Shown piece by piece: positions 19,547-31,480 of a DNA stretch of 58,282 nucleotides. A model generated the notes under the pieces. That model saw only the letters and a list, made by a program, of their open reading frames with translations, had not been told where the DNA came from and searched no databases. This stretch comes from an uncultured Alphaproteobacteria bacterium (lineage in GTDB: Bacteria; Pseudomonadota; Alphaproteobacteria; Caedimonadales; UBA9215), in NCBI GenBank assembly GCA_963974885.1, contig CAXBEY010000003.1, positions 1 to 58,282 on the forward strand, written 5' to 3'. The translations under genes and the position numbers were made by a program. Position 1 is the stretch's first letter; every line of letters begins with the position of its first letter.

Positions 19547-20800
19547 TTATTTAAAAGCTTTTAATAAAAGCGAGGCATTAGTGCCGCCAAAACCAAAGGA
19601 GTTAGAAAGCGCATAGTCAAGTGTCTTTTCCTTGGCAACTAAAGGAACCAAATCAAAATCACGACAGGCTTCTGAGGGATTCTCCAAATTGAGGGTTGGG
19701 GGCAAAATGCCTTCAGAAAGAGCTTTAATGGTGAAAATCGCTTCAATACCACCGGCAGCCCCCAATAAATGACCAATGGATGATTTAGTCGAGGAAATTG
19801 AAACTTTATTCCCAAACAAACGGCCCATTGCGCCAAGCTCAAGCTCATCCCCAAGGGGCGTAGATGTTCCGTGGGCGTTAATATAGCCGACGTCTTCTGG
19901 ATTGATTTCACCGCGCTTCAAAGCCATTTCCATGGCACGGTAAGCTCCCTTTCCTTCAGGGTGAGGAGCGGTAATATGATGGGCATCCCCAGACAGGCCA
20001 TAGCCAACAACTTCTGCATAAATCTTAGCACCACGCTTTTTGGCATGCTCTAATTCTTCCAAAACAACAATGCCAGATCCCTCGCCCATAACAAAACCGT
20101 CACGTCCTTGATCCCAAGGCCTTGAAGCCTTTTCGGGGGTATCATTGTACTCTGTAGACAACGCCCGTGCTGCAGCAAAGCCTGCCATAGCAAGACGACA
20201 AACCGCGGCCTCGGCGCCACCGGCGACCATCACATCTGCATCACCCAGTTGAATCATACGAGCGGCATCTCCAATAGCATGGGCACCACTTGAACAGGCA
20301 GTAACCGTTGCATGATTAGGACCTTGAAAACCATATTTAATGGAAACATGGCCAGCAGCAAGGTTAATAAGAGACGCTGGAATAAAGAAAGGAGAAACTT
20401 TTTTATAGCCCCCTTCATGTAACGCAACTGATGTATCATAAATACGGGGTAGACCGCCAATTCCGGAGCCAATGGCAACACCTGTGCGCTCTCTTGAGGC
20501 TTCATCTTGTGGCATCCAGCCAGAATCTTCAACAGCCTGAATAGCGGCAGCAACACCATAAAGAATAAACTTATCGGTTTTACGCTGGTCTTTTTTAGAC
20601 ATATAGTGCTCATCATCAAAATCACCAACACCCCTCCCATGGGGAACAATGCCAGCAATTTTACACGGCAAATCTGAAGTATCAAAATGCCCAATGGAGC
20701 CAATCCCTGATTGCCCTGAAATCAGGCGCTCCCACGTATTTTTAATATCCCCAGCAAGGGGGGTTACAGCACCAATACCCGTCACAACAACACGTTTCAT
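19547..20800 (-). CDS. fabF: 3-oxoacyl-ACP synthase II
   Basis: RVVVTGIG, TACSSG, NAHGTST, GHLLGAAG, NSFGFGG. Confidence 0.97.
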   Translation of the reverse strand: MKRVVVTGIGAVTPLAGDIKNTWERLISGQSGIGSIGHFDTSDLPCKIAGIVPHGRGVGDFDDEHYMSKKDQRKTDKFILYGVAAAIQAVEDSGWMPQDEASRERTGVAIGSGIGGLPRIYDTSVALHEGGYKKVSPFFIPASLINLAAGHVSIKYGFQGPNHATVTACSSGAHAIGDAARMIQLGDADVMVAGGAEAAVCRLAMAGFAAARALSTEYNDTPEKASRPWDQGRDGFVMGEGSGIVVLEELEHAKKRGAKIYAEVVGYGLSGDAHHITAPHPEGKGAYRAMEMALKRGEINPEDVGYINAHGTSTPLGDELELGAMGRLFGNKVSISSTKSSIGHLLGAAGGIEAIFTIKALSEGILPPTLNLENPSEACRDFDLVPLVAKEKTLDYALSNSFGFGGTNASLLLKAFK

Positions 20801-20935
20801 ATCCAAACAATCCAACTTTTATCGCGTTTTTCCTTAAGAATAAAAAAAGCCACTTGTCTTTTAAGGTCTACCCTAAAAAAAGTGGCTTTATTTTTGCTCT
20901 CATTTATAAAGACGTTTCATCAGTCAACGCAAAAA

Positions 20936-21172
20936 TTAAGCTGCATTTTCTTTGATATAAGTGATGGCTGCCCCAACAGTTAAGATTTTTTCTGCAGCTT
21001 CTTCAGGAATCTCAACATCAAATTCTTCTTCAAAAGCCATCACAAGCTCAACAGTATCAAGGCTGTCTGCTCCAAGGTCATCGATGAAGTGAGCCGCTTC
21101 TACAACTTTTTCAGCTTCTACACCAAGGTGCTCAATTACAATTTTTGTCACGCGTTCTTTAGTATCACTCAT
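20936..21172 (-). CDS. acpP: Acyl carrier protein
   Basis: [20 protein letters not shown]. Confidence 0.98.
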   Translation of the reverse strand: MSDTKERVTKIVIEHLGVEAEKVVEAAHFIDDLGADSLDTVELVMAFEEEFDVEIPEEAAEKILTVGAAITYIKENAA

Positions 21173-21367
21173 AGGTTTTTCCTAATCTTTCTTTAATAAT
21201 AATGTCTCAGATTGTCATACTTTATAAAAGTTGGCAACCATGGTTTATTGTCTAATCACAAGATGACCCACACTAGCGCAAAATCAACAAAAGGAAAAGC
21301 CTTTTTGTAACTCCAAAAGGAAAAGTTTCCGAGCAGAGGCCCTTTGGGCTCATTTACGAGAAAGTGC

Positions 21368-23044
21368 TTATGCAGCCATTTGTTGAGCAACATCAAGAAG
21401 TTGAGAGGCTGCAGCTCGGGCTTCCGGAGAGACTTTATCACCGGATAACATACGGGCAATTTCTTCAAGGGAGTCTTGGCCTTCCAATATACTAACCGTG
21501 GTCTGGGTCATATTCTGGTCATCTTCATATTTCTCAACAAAGAAATGACGATTCGCATGGGAGGCCACTTGGGGAGAATGGGTAATAGCAAGAACTTGTT
21601 GTTGTTGCCCCAAACGCGCCATACGTTCTCCAATAGCAGAGGCAACGGCGCCCCCGACCCCACTATCAATTTCATCAAACACAAGAATAGACGCCTGAGT
21701 CGTGTGGGCAAGAACCACCTTCAAAGCCAACATAAACCGAGAGCGCTCGCCCCCTGAGGCAATTTTTGCGATGCCTCCAAAGGGCAGCCCAGGGTTGGTT
21801 TTGACCTCGAACTCTACATGATCCATACCGGCAGCACCCCAGTATTTTTCCTCGATTTTTTGAGGCTCAATGCGAAAAATTGCTTTTTCAAGCTTAAGAG
21901 GTTTGAGCTCTTTTTCAACGGCCTGAGCAAGCTCTTTACCCTTAATAACACGTTGTTGATGAAGCTCCTCAGCACACAGCACATAAGAGGCCCTGGCCTC
22001 GGCAAGATCTTTTTTAAGGGTGGCTAGGCTTTCAGACCCCCCTTTCAGCAAGGCAAGCTCTCCTTTAAATTTCTCATAAAGAGTCGGCAATTCGGGAATT
22101 AAACAGCCATGTTTTCGCGCAAGAGCCCGCAATTCATACAAGCGGTCCTCAACACTATCAAGGCTTTCACCACTTCCTGTGATGCGATCTTGAAAAGTGT
22201 TCAATTCGGCCTCGGCCTCCAAAACATCACTATGGGCACGATTGAGAGCATTGAGGGTTTGATCCAATTTTTCAGGGCAAAGCTTCGCAGTTTTTTCAAG
22301 GGTATTGAGAACGGTTCCCAACACATCTAAAATCCCTTTATCTCCCCCAATAAGGCGGGCCGAACTTTGAGCTCCTGAAACGATTTTCTCTTGATTTTGC
22401 AAAAGATTGCGCTTATCAATAAGCTCATTTTCTTCATGCTCTTGAGGGTCAACATTTTCAAACTCTTCAACGGCAGAGGTGAGAAATTCCTGCTGATTCT
22501 TTTGTTCTTCAATGAATTTTTCAGCCTCTTCTAACCGTTGACGCAAGGATTTATAAGATTTATAAGCGCCTGAAACGCGACCTAATAAATCACCATAGCC
22601 CGCAAAATGATCTAGGAGTTGCCGGTGGGTTGTGGGCTGGAGGACCTGATCAAATTGCCCATGAATTTCAATGAGCTCCTTGGCTAGTTTTTTTAAAAAG
22701 GATACCCCCACCAAGTGATCATTCAGATAAGCCTTTGATTTTCCATCACAGGTCACAATGCGCCGCAGAATGAGGTCTCCCGTGAAATCATGATCATTTT
22801 CTAAAAGCAATTGCGCAACGGGGTGTTCTTTAGCAACCTCAAAAATGGCACTCACAACGGCTTGAGATTGTCCGGGGCGCACGAGGGATGCAGAAGCTCT
22901 TTCACCCAAGGCAAGGCCCAAAGCATCCAATAGAATGGATTTCCCCGCACCGGTTTCCCCTGTCAAAACACACAAACCGGCTGAAAAATCAATTTCAAGC
23001 CGGCTAATGAGAACAACATTTTCAATAACAAGGGTTTGGAGCAT
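21368..23044 (-). CDS. recN: DNA repair protein RecN
   Basis: TGETGAGKS, IHGQFD, ASGGERSR, FDEIDSGVGG, EEIARML. Confidence 0.97.
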   Translation of the reverse strand: MLQTLVIENVVLISRLEIDFSAGLCVLTGETGAGKSILLDALGLALGERASASLVRPGQSQAVVSAIFEVAKEHPVAQLLLENDHDFTGDLILRRIVTCDGKSKAYLNDHLVGVSFLKKLAKELIEIHGQFDQVLQPTTHRQLLDHFAGYGDLLGRVSGAYKSYKSLRQRLEEAEKFIEEQKNQQEFLTSAVEEFENVDPQEHEENELIDKRNLLQNQEKIVSGAQSSARLIGGDKGILDVLGTVLNTLEKTAKLCPEKLDQTLNALNRAHSDVLEAEAELNTFQDRITGSGESLDSVEDRLYELRALARKHGCLIPELPTLYEKFKGELALLKGGSESLATLKKDLAEARASYVLCAEELHQQRVIKGKELAQAVEKELKPLKLEKAIFRIEPQKIEEKYWGAAGMDHVEFEVKTNPGLPFGGIAKIASGGERSRFMLALKVVLAHTTQASILVFDEIDSGVGGAVASAIGERMARLGQQQQVLAITHSPQVASHANRHFFVEKYEDDQNMTQTTVSILEGQDSLEEIARMLSGDKVSPEARAAASQLLDVAQQMAA

Positions 23045-23061
23045 TTTCCTGAACCTTTTAT

Positions 23062-23997
23062 TTAAGAGTGAGCCTCTTCATTTGAGGACTCTTTAACCTG
23101 TGGTTTTTTCTTTTTCAAGGCCCCTTTGTTCCAATTTTGCAAACGGTCCATAAAGGTTTCGTCACGATCTTGCACAGACCCAACGCCCTCACTGGTCGGG
23201 ATTTTTGCGTCAAAGGTGGAAACTTTCTCAGCCTCAACCAATGAATAAGCCTCCGCATACCAAGAACTTCCAGGGTAGTTATGACCGAGGACAGCCGCCG
23301 TTTTAAGAGCTTGTTCACGTAGCCCCATGCCCACATAACACTCAACCATTCGGTAGTGGGCTTCCTCAACATGTTTTGTTGTTTGGAAACGACTCACGAC
23401 CTCTTGAAAACGAGGAAGAGCGGCTTGGAAGGCTTTTTTATCAAGGTAATAACGACCAATATCCATAGACTTTCCTGCCAGCGCATCCCGCAACAAAATA
23501 GCCTTTTGCTTCGCATCAAGGGCATAGGCCGTATTTGGGAAGCGGCGCAGCAGTTCATTAAAGGTCCGCAAAGCATCTTCGGCATCTTTTTGATCCCGTG
23601 AAGATGGACCAATTTGCTCATAATAACAAAGCCCTGTCATATAAAGGGCATAGGGCACATCAGGATGGGCTGGATGAAGTTGGGAGAAAGACTCAAGGGA
23701 GGCAATCACTTGATCATATTTCTGGCCCTTATAGAGGGAAAACGCCGCCATGACTTGCGCCTTTGTCGCCCAAGGTGAGTACGGATGTTGGCGCTCAACC
23801 TCATCAAACGCTTCCGAGGCATCCGTGAACCTTCCCTCTTCAAGCTTATCCATGGCTTGATTGTAAAGTTCTTCAACGGACCGTTCTTGGTAGGCCTTTT
23901 CTTCTGTGGTTGAGCAGGCCGCCAAAGCCAGAACAGACAGCAAAACAGACTTAAGGGAAACAGCTTTTAAACTTTTGTTTATAAAGGACTCACTCAC
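23062..23997 (-). CDS. bamD: Outer membrane assembly lipoprotein BamD
   Basis: Lipobox LAAC; EVERQHPYSPWA TPRs; LGHNYPGSSWY; located upstream of recN. Confidence 0.95.
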   Translation of the reverse strand: MSESFINKSLKAVSLKSVLLSVLALAACSTTEEKAYQERSVEELYNQAMDKLEEGRFTDASEAFDEVERQHPYSPWATKAQVMAAFSLYKGQKYDQVIASLESFSQLHPAHPDVPYALYMTGLCYYEQIGPSSRDQKDAEDALRTFNELLRRFPNTAYALDAKQKAILLRDALAGKSMDIGRYYLDKKAFQAALPRFQEVVSRFQTTKHVEEAHYRMVECYVGMGLREQALKTAAVLGHNYPGSSWYAEAYSLVEAEKVSTFDAKIPTSEGVGSVQDRDETFMDRLQNWNKGALKKKKPQVKESSNEEAHS

Positions 23998-24084
23998 AAT
24001 TTTATACCTTACTGGGTTTTTATCATTATACCCTTCTTTGATAGCGCTTTATGGCCCATTTGCCAAGACTCTTTAAAGAATCCT

Positions 24085-26181
24085 CTACGCTTTTAGGTAG
24101 CGCACCGTTTCTTCCTTATCAAAAAGATAAAGAAGATTCTGAGCCGCCCTGCCCTTTGGGGTTGCGTCTAATAAAGGATCCTCTTCGACTAAACGCTCTG
24201 CCTCTAACACAGCTTCTCTCAGGAGGCTTTGATGCAAATGCCAGTCCACAAATTTAAAATTAGGAAGGCCGCTTTGTTTTAAACCTAAGAGCTCTCCCCC
24301 ACCGCGTATCTTCCAGTCTTCTTCGGCAATGTCAAAACCATCATTTGTTTGGCGCATAATAGCAAGACGCGAGAGGGAAGCCTCACTGCTTTCTGCCTCA
24401 TAAAGTAAAATACAGTGCCCTTGCTTTGTCCCGCGGCCAACACGTCCCCGCAATTGATGGAGTTGTGCCAGCCCAAAACGTTCGGCATGTTCAATGACCA
24501 TCACCGTCGCCTCATGAACATCAACCCCGACTTCAATAACTGTTGTCGCCACAAGAACTGTCAAAATCCCTTGGGTAAACAGTTTCATTACTGCTTCTTT
24601 TTCCTTAGGCTTGAGCTTTCCATGGATAAGCCCCACCTGCCCTGGCAAATGTTGTTCCATAAATTCATAACGGCTCTTTGCCGCGGCCAAATCAATTTTC
24701 TCTGATTCTTCCACCAAAGGGCATACCCAATAGACTTTGTCCCCTTGAGAAACCGTACGCTTGATGCCTTCAACGACCTCAATCAAACGCGCGCTAGAAA
24801 CCGTACTGGTTTGAATAGGCAGCCGCCCCGCTGGTTTTTCTCTCAGTTGAGATGTATCAAGGTCACCATAGGAAGCCAACATCAGTGTGCGGGGAATGGG
24901 TGTTGCTGTCATGGATAAGCAATCTACATGGACCCCCTTTTGAGACAGACGCAAACGTTGATCAACCCCAAAGCGATGCTGTTCATCAATGACGACAAAC
25001 CCCAAGTTTTTAAAGGTCATCTCCTCTTGAATAAGGGCATGGGTTCCAATAATAATTTGAATCTCACCGGCAGCAGAAGCCTTATAAATTTTTGTTTTAT
25101 TAGATTTTTTATCTTTACCCGTCAAAATTTCAATAGTCAGCCCTAGGGATTCTGCAAAGGGGCGCAATGTCTGATAGTGCTGGCGAGCAAGAATTTCCGT
25201 TGGGGCCATGATGGCCGTTTGAAAGCCATTTTCAAGGGGGATCAAAGCCGCTAAAAAAGCAACGATGGTTTTCCCACTTCCAACGTCTCCTTGAAGCAAG
25301 CGATTCATGCAATGATTCGCTGCAAGGTCCGAGCGTATTTCCTCAAGAACCACCTTTTGGTCTCCCGTCAGCTCAAAGGGAATGGCTTTTAAACCTCTCT
25401 CATAAAGATCACTTTGGGCATGTTTCGCTTCTCCGCCTTGACGACGATTAAAGGCGCGTACCAATTGCAGGGCAATTTGATTGGCTAACAACTCATCATA
25501 GGCCAAACGTTCTCGGAAAGGATGATTGGGTAGTAAATCGACTTCAGTTTTAGGCGTATGAACCCTTAAAATAGAGTCTTTCCAACCGGCCCATTGAGGG
25601 TGCCATTTCAGGGTTTGTGCCCCAAGCCATTCTGGTAAAACAGGTGTTTTTCGAAAGACAGCGTAAAGAATACGCTGCAAAGCCTTTTGAGTCAGGGTTT
25701 GTGTCAACGGATAAGACGGGCTATAACCAACCCATTCCCGTAAAGTTTCAAGGGGCCCCACATGATCAGGGTGGGTAATTTGCCATTGCCCCTTATACAT
25801 TTCTAACTTGCCTGAAATAACCGCCATTTGATTTTCAGGAAGCTGTTGCTTCAGGTAAGTGCTTTTTCCGTGAAAAAAAACAAGAGACAGCATATTTTCA
25901 TCTAAACAGCAATAAACACGGTAGGGCTGGCGCCCCCCACCCCGTGTTCCAGCAACGCTTTGATGTTTCATCACCCGGGCTTTAAAGGTCACGATGTCGC
26001 CAACCCGAGCCTCTTTGAGGCTGGTAATTTCGCGACGAAAGGAAACCCCCGTTGGGATATGAAAGAGAAGGTCTAAAAGCCTTGATCCCGCAAGACGCTC
26101 TAAAGATTTAGCCATGGCAGGCCCTACGCCATAAAGCGAAGAAACAGGTTCATAAAGCTGCTCTAAATCCTTTTCGTGCAA
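24085..26181 (-). CDS. recG: ATP-dependent DNA helicase RecG
   Basis: QGDVGSGKT, DEQHRFGV, TATPIPRTL, QLHQLRGRVGRG. Confidence 0.97.
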   Translation of the reverse strand: MHEKDLEQLYEPVSSLYGVGPAMAKSLERLAGSRLLDLLFHIPTGVSFRREITSLKEARVGDIVTFKARVMKHQSVAGTRGGGRQPYRVYCCLDENMLSLVFFHGKSTYLKQQLPENQMAVISGKLEMYKGQWQITHPDHVGPLETLREWVGYSPSYPLTQTLTQKALQRILYAVFRKTPVLPEWLGAQTLKWHPQWAGWKDSILRVHTPKTEVDLLPNHPFRERLAYDELLANQIALQLVRAFNRRQGGEAKHAQSDLYERGLKAIPFELTGDQKVVLEEIRSDLAANHCMNRLLQGDVGSGKTIVAFLAALIPLENGFQTAIMAPTEILARQHYQTLRPFAESLGLTIEILTGKDKKSNKTKIYKASAAGEIQIIIGTHALIQEEMTFKNLGFVVIDEQHRFGVDQRLRLSQKGVHVDCLSMTATPIPRTLMLASYGDLDTSQLREKPAGRLPIQTSTVSSARLIEVVEGIKRTVSQGDKVYWVCPLVEESEKIDLAAAKSRYEFMEQHLPGQVGLIHGKLKPKEKEAVMKLFTQGILTVLVATTVIEVGVDVHEATVMVIEHAERFGLAQLHQLRGRVGRGTKQGHCILLYEAESSEASLSRLAIMRQTNDGFDIAEEDWKIRGGGELLGLKQSGLPNFKFVDWHLHQSLLREAVLEAERLVEEDPLLDATPKGRAAQNLLYLFDKEETVRYLKA

Positions 26182-26355
26182 AGAATCTACCCTTTATATA
26201 CTCCCTTAAAACAAAGGAAGCCTAAGTTTTTAATAATAGTATAAGGGAGACTTGCAAAATCGCCAAGGCTATGTTTTTTCCTTCTCAGTCATGGCTCCAA
26301 TCTCTAAAACATCTATATGTCAAAACAAGGAACTCCCTTAAAGAGCGCCTTTTCT

Positions 26356-26640
26356 TTATGAACGGTTAGAAAGTCGATTTCTGATATCCTCCTCTCTATC
26401 GCGAGATTGCTGACTTCTGGAAGGGGCAGGCCCCTTTTTAACGTGTTTTTTACTAGAGGGCTTAGTTTTTTTGACTTGAGCACTTTTTGATTGCTTTACC
26501 GGCGTCTGTTCTTTGTTCGGCTGAGGGAGTCTTATTTGCACACCCAAAGGCTCTGGATTTTTTGCGAAAACAACCCTAGGTAGAAAAAAGCCCATAAGCA
26601 CACCTGCCGCGACCATAACAATAGTTTTTACCTGTTTCAT
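26356..26640 (-). CDS. Small Lys-rich exported hypothetical protein
   Basis: RBS AGGGA; MKQVKTIVMVAAGVLMGFFL leader; low-complexity basic tail. Confidence 0.5.
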   Translation of the reverse strand: MKQVKTIVMVAAGVLMGFFLPRVVFAKNPEPLGVQIRLPQPNKEQTPVKQSKSAQVKKTKPSSKKHVKKGPAPSRSQQSRDREEDIRNRLSNRS

Positions 26641-26713
26641 ATGAATTTCCCTTCTTCTTAAATTTTTTTTGGTACTGACTCTTTTCCCGTAACCCCCTAT
26701 CAAAAACGCAAAT

Positions 26714-28156
<1,443 letters not shown>

Positions 28157-29029
28157 TTATGATGAGGCGGATCTTAGGGTCTTATTCAACTCTTTGGCAA
28201 CTCTATCAATGGCCATCAGACGGTCAATTAAGGCTGGTAATTCCTTGAGCACAATCATATTAGGCCCATCGCTTGGTGCTTTATCAGGATTTTCATGTGT
28301 TTCCATGAAAACGCCAGCAACCCCGATGGCAACGGCCGCCCTCGCCAAAGGCTCAACATAACGACGATCTCCGCCTGATGTCTCCCCTTGCCCGCCGGGT
28401 TGTTGCACAGAGTGGGTCGCGTCAAAGATAATAGGGCAGCCAGTTTGCGCCATAATGGGTAACCCTTTCATATCATTCACAAGAGTATTATACCCAAAGG
28501 ATGTACCGCGCTCGCATAAAAGCGTTTTATTATTGCCCGCATCTTGGATTTTCTTAGCCACATTGGCCATATCCCAAGGGGCTAAGAACTGCCCCTTTTT
28601 CACATTAATAGCTTTACCGGTTTGGGCAGCTGCCACAAGCAAATCCGTTTGGCGACACAAGAAAGCAGGAATTTGCAACATATCCGCAACGCTCCCCACA
28701 AGCCTGCATTGCTCGGCCGTATGAACATCGGTAATGACCGGCAACCCCGTTTTCTCACGGACTTCAGCTAAAATTTCGAGGCCCTTATCAATCCCAACGC
28801 CGCGATAACTTTTGTTACTGGTCCGATTGGCCTTATCAAAGGATGATTTATAAACAATGGAAATGCCTTTTTTCTCGGCTAGTTCCTTAAGGGCATAGCT
28901 CATTTCAAGGGCGTGCTCGCGGCTTTCCATGGCGCAAGGGCCTAAGATAAAACTCAAAGGCAACTCATTTGAAAAGGTCAAAGAGGCAACATCATCGCCG
29001 CCAACGGTTACTATTTTTTGCTCTTGCAT
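28157..29029 (-). CDS. kdsA: KDO 8-phosphate synthase
   Basis: KSSFDKANRTS, QIPAFLCRQTDL, KKGQFLAP, DATHSVQ. Confidence 0.98.
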   Translation of the reverse strand: MQEQKIVTVGGDDVASLTFSNELPLSFILGPCAMESREHALEMSYALKELAEKKGISIVYKSSFDKANRTSNKSYRGVGIDKGLEILAEVREKTGLPVITDVHTAEQCRLVGSVADMLQIPAFLCRQTDLLVAAAQTGKAINVKKGQFLAPWDMANVAKKIQDAGNNKTLLCERGTSFGYNTLVNDMKGLPIMAQTGCPIIFDATHSVQQPGGQGETSGGDRRYVEPLARAAVAIGVAGVFMETHENPDKAPSDGPNMIVLKELPALIDRLMAIDRVAKELNKTLRSASS

Positions 29030-29042
29030 CTTTTTAATCCTT

Positions 29043-30671
29043 TTAGTTCTTATGAGAATGGGCCGCCTTCACAAAGGCTGAAAAAGCTGGGTGCGCGGCC
29101 ATAGGCTTTGATTTAAATTCGGGGTGAAACTGCATAGCCAAAAACCAAGGATGATTTTTAATCTCAACAATTTCAGGCAAAGAGCCATCGGGAGATTTGC
29201 CCGTGACAAAGAACCCAGAGGCTTCAAATCGCTCAATATAATCGGTTTTCATTTCATAGCGATGACGGTGGCGTTCAACAATACGATCCGTTCCATAAAC
29301 GGTATGGGCCAAAGAATCCTTCGTTAAAACACATTCATAAGCGCCAAGGCGCATAGTACCGCCAAGATCTCCCTTACGAGATCGTTTAACCGCGTGCCCT
29401 TCTTGATCCCACGATGTCATAAGATCAACAACGGGGTGGGTTGTCTCTGCAAATTCCGTTGAATGCGCATCCGAGAACCCCAAAACATGGCGAGCAAATT
29501 CAATGACAGCCAACTGCATACCTAGGCAAATCCCAAAGAAAGGGACTTTGTTTTCTCGGGCATATTGAATAGCCCGCATCTTTCCGTCTGTGCCCCGTTC
29601 CCCATGACCCCCTGGCACCAAAATCCCTTGGGAACCTCTCAAGGCTTGAGCAGCCGCTTTCTCATCGGATAAATCTTCGGCATTCAGCCAAGTGACATTT
29701 ATCTTTAATTGATTAGAAATACCCGCATGTTGAAAAGATTCTGCAATGGATTTATAAGCATCTTGAAGACCCGTATATTTTCCAACAACAGCAATAGATA
29801 CCTCACCTTTGGGGTTTGTTGCCTTTTTAACAACATCTTCCCATGCTGATAAATCAGGTGTTTTTGTCTCTAAACCAAAGTGCTTGCAAACTTGTGTGTC
29901 CAGCCCTTCCTTCTCATAGGCAAGGGGAACCCGATAAATAGTATCCACATCTGCTGCTTCAATGACACATTCAGGCTTAATATTACAAAACAAAGCAAGT
30001 TTCTGGCGCGCTTCGAGGGGCAACGGCACCTCTGTTCGACAGAGCAAAATGTCCGGCTGAATCCCCATGCTTTGCAATTCTTTAACAGAGTGCTGGGATG
30101 GCTTTGTTTTAAGCTCTTGAGCTGTCTTAATAAAAGGCACCAATGTTAAGTGCATGAACAAAACAGAGTCTCGCCCCACATCATTGGCGTATTGTCGTAT
30201 AGCTTCCAAGAAAGGAAGGCCTTCAATATCGCCAACGGTTCCCCCAATTTCACAAATCAGAAAGTCAAGGTCATCTTCGATATCGTGGGTGATATGCTCT
30301 TTAATTTCGTTGGTAATATGGGGAATGACTTGAATAGTTGCCCCGAGGTAATCTCCGTGGCGCTCCTTTGCGATGACTTTCGAGTAAATTTGTCCCGTTG
30401 AAACAGCATCACAGCGCCGTGTATTAAGAGAGGTAAAACGCTCATAATGGCCCAAGTCAAGGTCGGTCTCGCCACCATCTTCGGTTACATAAACTTCCCC
30501 ATGTTGAAAAGGACTCATGGTCCCTGGGTCAACATTCAAATAAGGCTCGAACTTACGCAAGCGAACCTTGTATCCACGCGCTTCAAGCAGAGCCCCTAAA
30601 CTTGCAGCGGAAATGCCTTTTCCCAAAGAGGAAAGAACACCACCGGTTACAAAAATAATTTTAGGACTCAT
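29043..30671 (-). CDS. pyrG: CTP synthase
   Basis: [36 protein letters not shown]; start taken at MSPKII. Confidence 0.98.
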   Translation of the reverse strand: MSPKIIFVTGGVLSSLGKGISAASLGALLEARGYKVRLRKFEPYLNVDPGTMSPFQHGEVYVTEDGGETDLDLGHYERFTSLNTRRCDAVSTGQIYSKVIAKERHGDYLGATIQVIPHITNEIKEHITHDIEDDLDFLICEIGGTVGDIEGLPFLEAIRQYANDVGRDSVLFMHLTLVPFIKTAQELKTKPSQHSVKELQSMGIQPDILLCRTEVPLPLEARQKLALFCNIKPECVIEAADVDTIYRVPLAYEKEGLDTQVCKHFGLETKTPDLSAWEDVVKKATNPKGEVSIAVVGKYTGLQDAYKSIAESFQHAGISNQLKINVTWLNAEDLSDEKAAAQALRGSQGILVPGGHGERGTDGKMRAIQYARENKVPFFGICLGMQLAVIEFARHVLGFSDAHSTEFAETTHPVVDLMTSWDQEGHAVKRSRKGDLGGTMRLGAYECVLTKDSLAHTVYGTDRIVERHRHRYEMKTDYIERFEASGFFVTGKSPDGSLPEIVEIKNHPWFLAMQFHPEFKSKPMAAHPAFSAFVKAAHSHKN

Positions 30672-30780
30672 ATACCCATTCTCTTTTAAATTATAAACAT
30701 CCAGACAGCGGGGTATCATTTTCCTCACCGACTAAAGTAAGCACCGGAAAATTACCCTAAGCCAAGTATCAAAACCATAA
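30671..30780. mobile_element. Palindromic element family C, degenerate copy abutting the pyrG start
   Basis: TATACCCATTCTCTTTTAAA…TCCTCAC-hairpin-GCACCGG aligns with 34238-34367. Confidence 0.65.
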
Positions 30781-30781
30781 C

Positions 30782-30862
30782 CCAAGTGACCAACATCCAA
30801 GTGACCAACATCCAAGTGACCAACATCCAAGTGACCAACATCCAAGTGACCAACACCCAAGT
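30782..30862. repeat. Tandem repeat with 15-bp unit CCAAGTGACCAACAT, about 5.4 copies
   Basis: Four exact copies, one copy with a final T>C change, and a partial copy. Confidence 0.97.
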
Positions 30863-30871
30863 TAAAGGTTT

Positions 30872-31216
30872 TTATTGAGCGGGTACAGTTGGTGTTGTTG
30901 GTGCAACCGGTAACGCTGGCTTTGACGAATCAACGGCAGGGGCAGACACTTCTTTTTTAGCCTGCGCTGCGGCATCCAAAATAGAGTCAGAGCTTTTTGA
31001 GCCCTTAAAGTTCATAGCCAACACAAGGGTGGACACAAAGAAAAGCGTCGCCATCACACCCGTTGAGCGCGTCAGCAAGTTGGCAGTTCCACGGGCTGTC
31101 ATTAAGTTGCCGCCGCCCATACCAAGGGCCCCACCTTCGCTTTTTTGAAGCAAAATAAGCCCAATCATAATGGCCACAAAAATAATATGAACCACAAGCA
31201 AAACCGTACTAATCAT
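30872..31216 (-). CDS. secG: Preprotein translocase subunit SecG
   Basis: LLQKSEGGALGMGGG…RGTANLLTR; located upstream of pyrG. Confidence 0.95.
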   Translation of the reverse strand: MISTVLLVVHIIFVAIMIGLILLQKSEGGALGMGGGNLMTARGTANLLTRSTGVMATLFFVSTLVLAMNFKGSKSSDSILDAAAQAKKEVSAPAVDSSKPALPVAPTTPTVPAQ

Positions 31217-31358
31217 TAGATCCTCTTAAACTGTAAATAAACACAAACAAACTCTACCAAATCCCCCCTCAAAAAGACAGCGAAAAGTGAGCAAAAAAAG
31301 AGTTAAATGAGAGGACCGGTGTCAAGATCCCCCAGATGGCGGATTTCATCACAGTTAT

Positions 31359-31472
31359 TATAGTGATTTAGGTTTTGCCCCTGCAAATGACCGGAGGCGC
31401 AAGGGACGACGGCTATATTTCATAGCTTAGGAGCCCAGGAACAAACGGTCAGTGCAAAGATAAGTTATTAGA
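31359..31472. mobile_element. Palindromic element related to family B
   Basis: Ends pair (TAGTGATTTA/TAAGTTATTA with G-U); TGACCG/CGGTCA inner stem; core GACGACG-hairpin-TTAGGAG shared with 54898-55003. Confidence 0.6.
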
Positions 31473-31480
31473 TGTTTTCC

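Noticed and set aside
30782-30862. Repeat array as a possible CRISPR
   Set aside because: The units are contiguous with no spacers, and no cas genes are present, so it is a simple tandem repeat.
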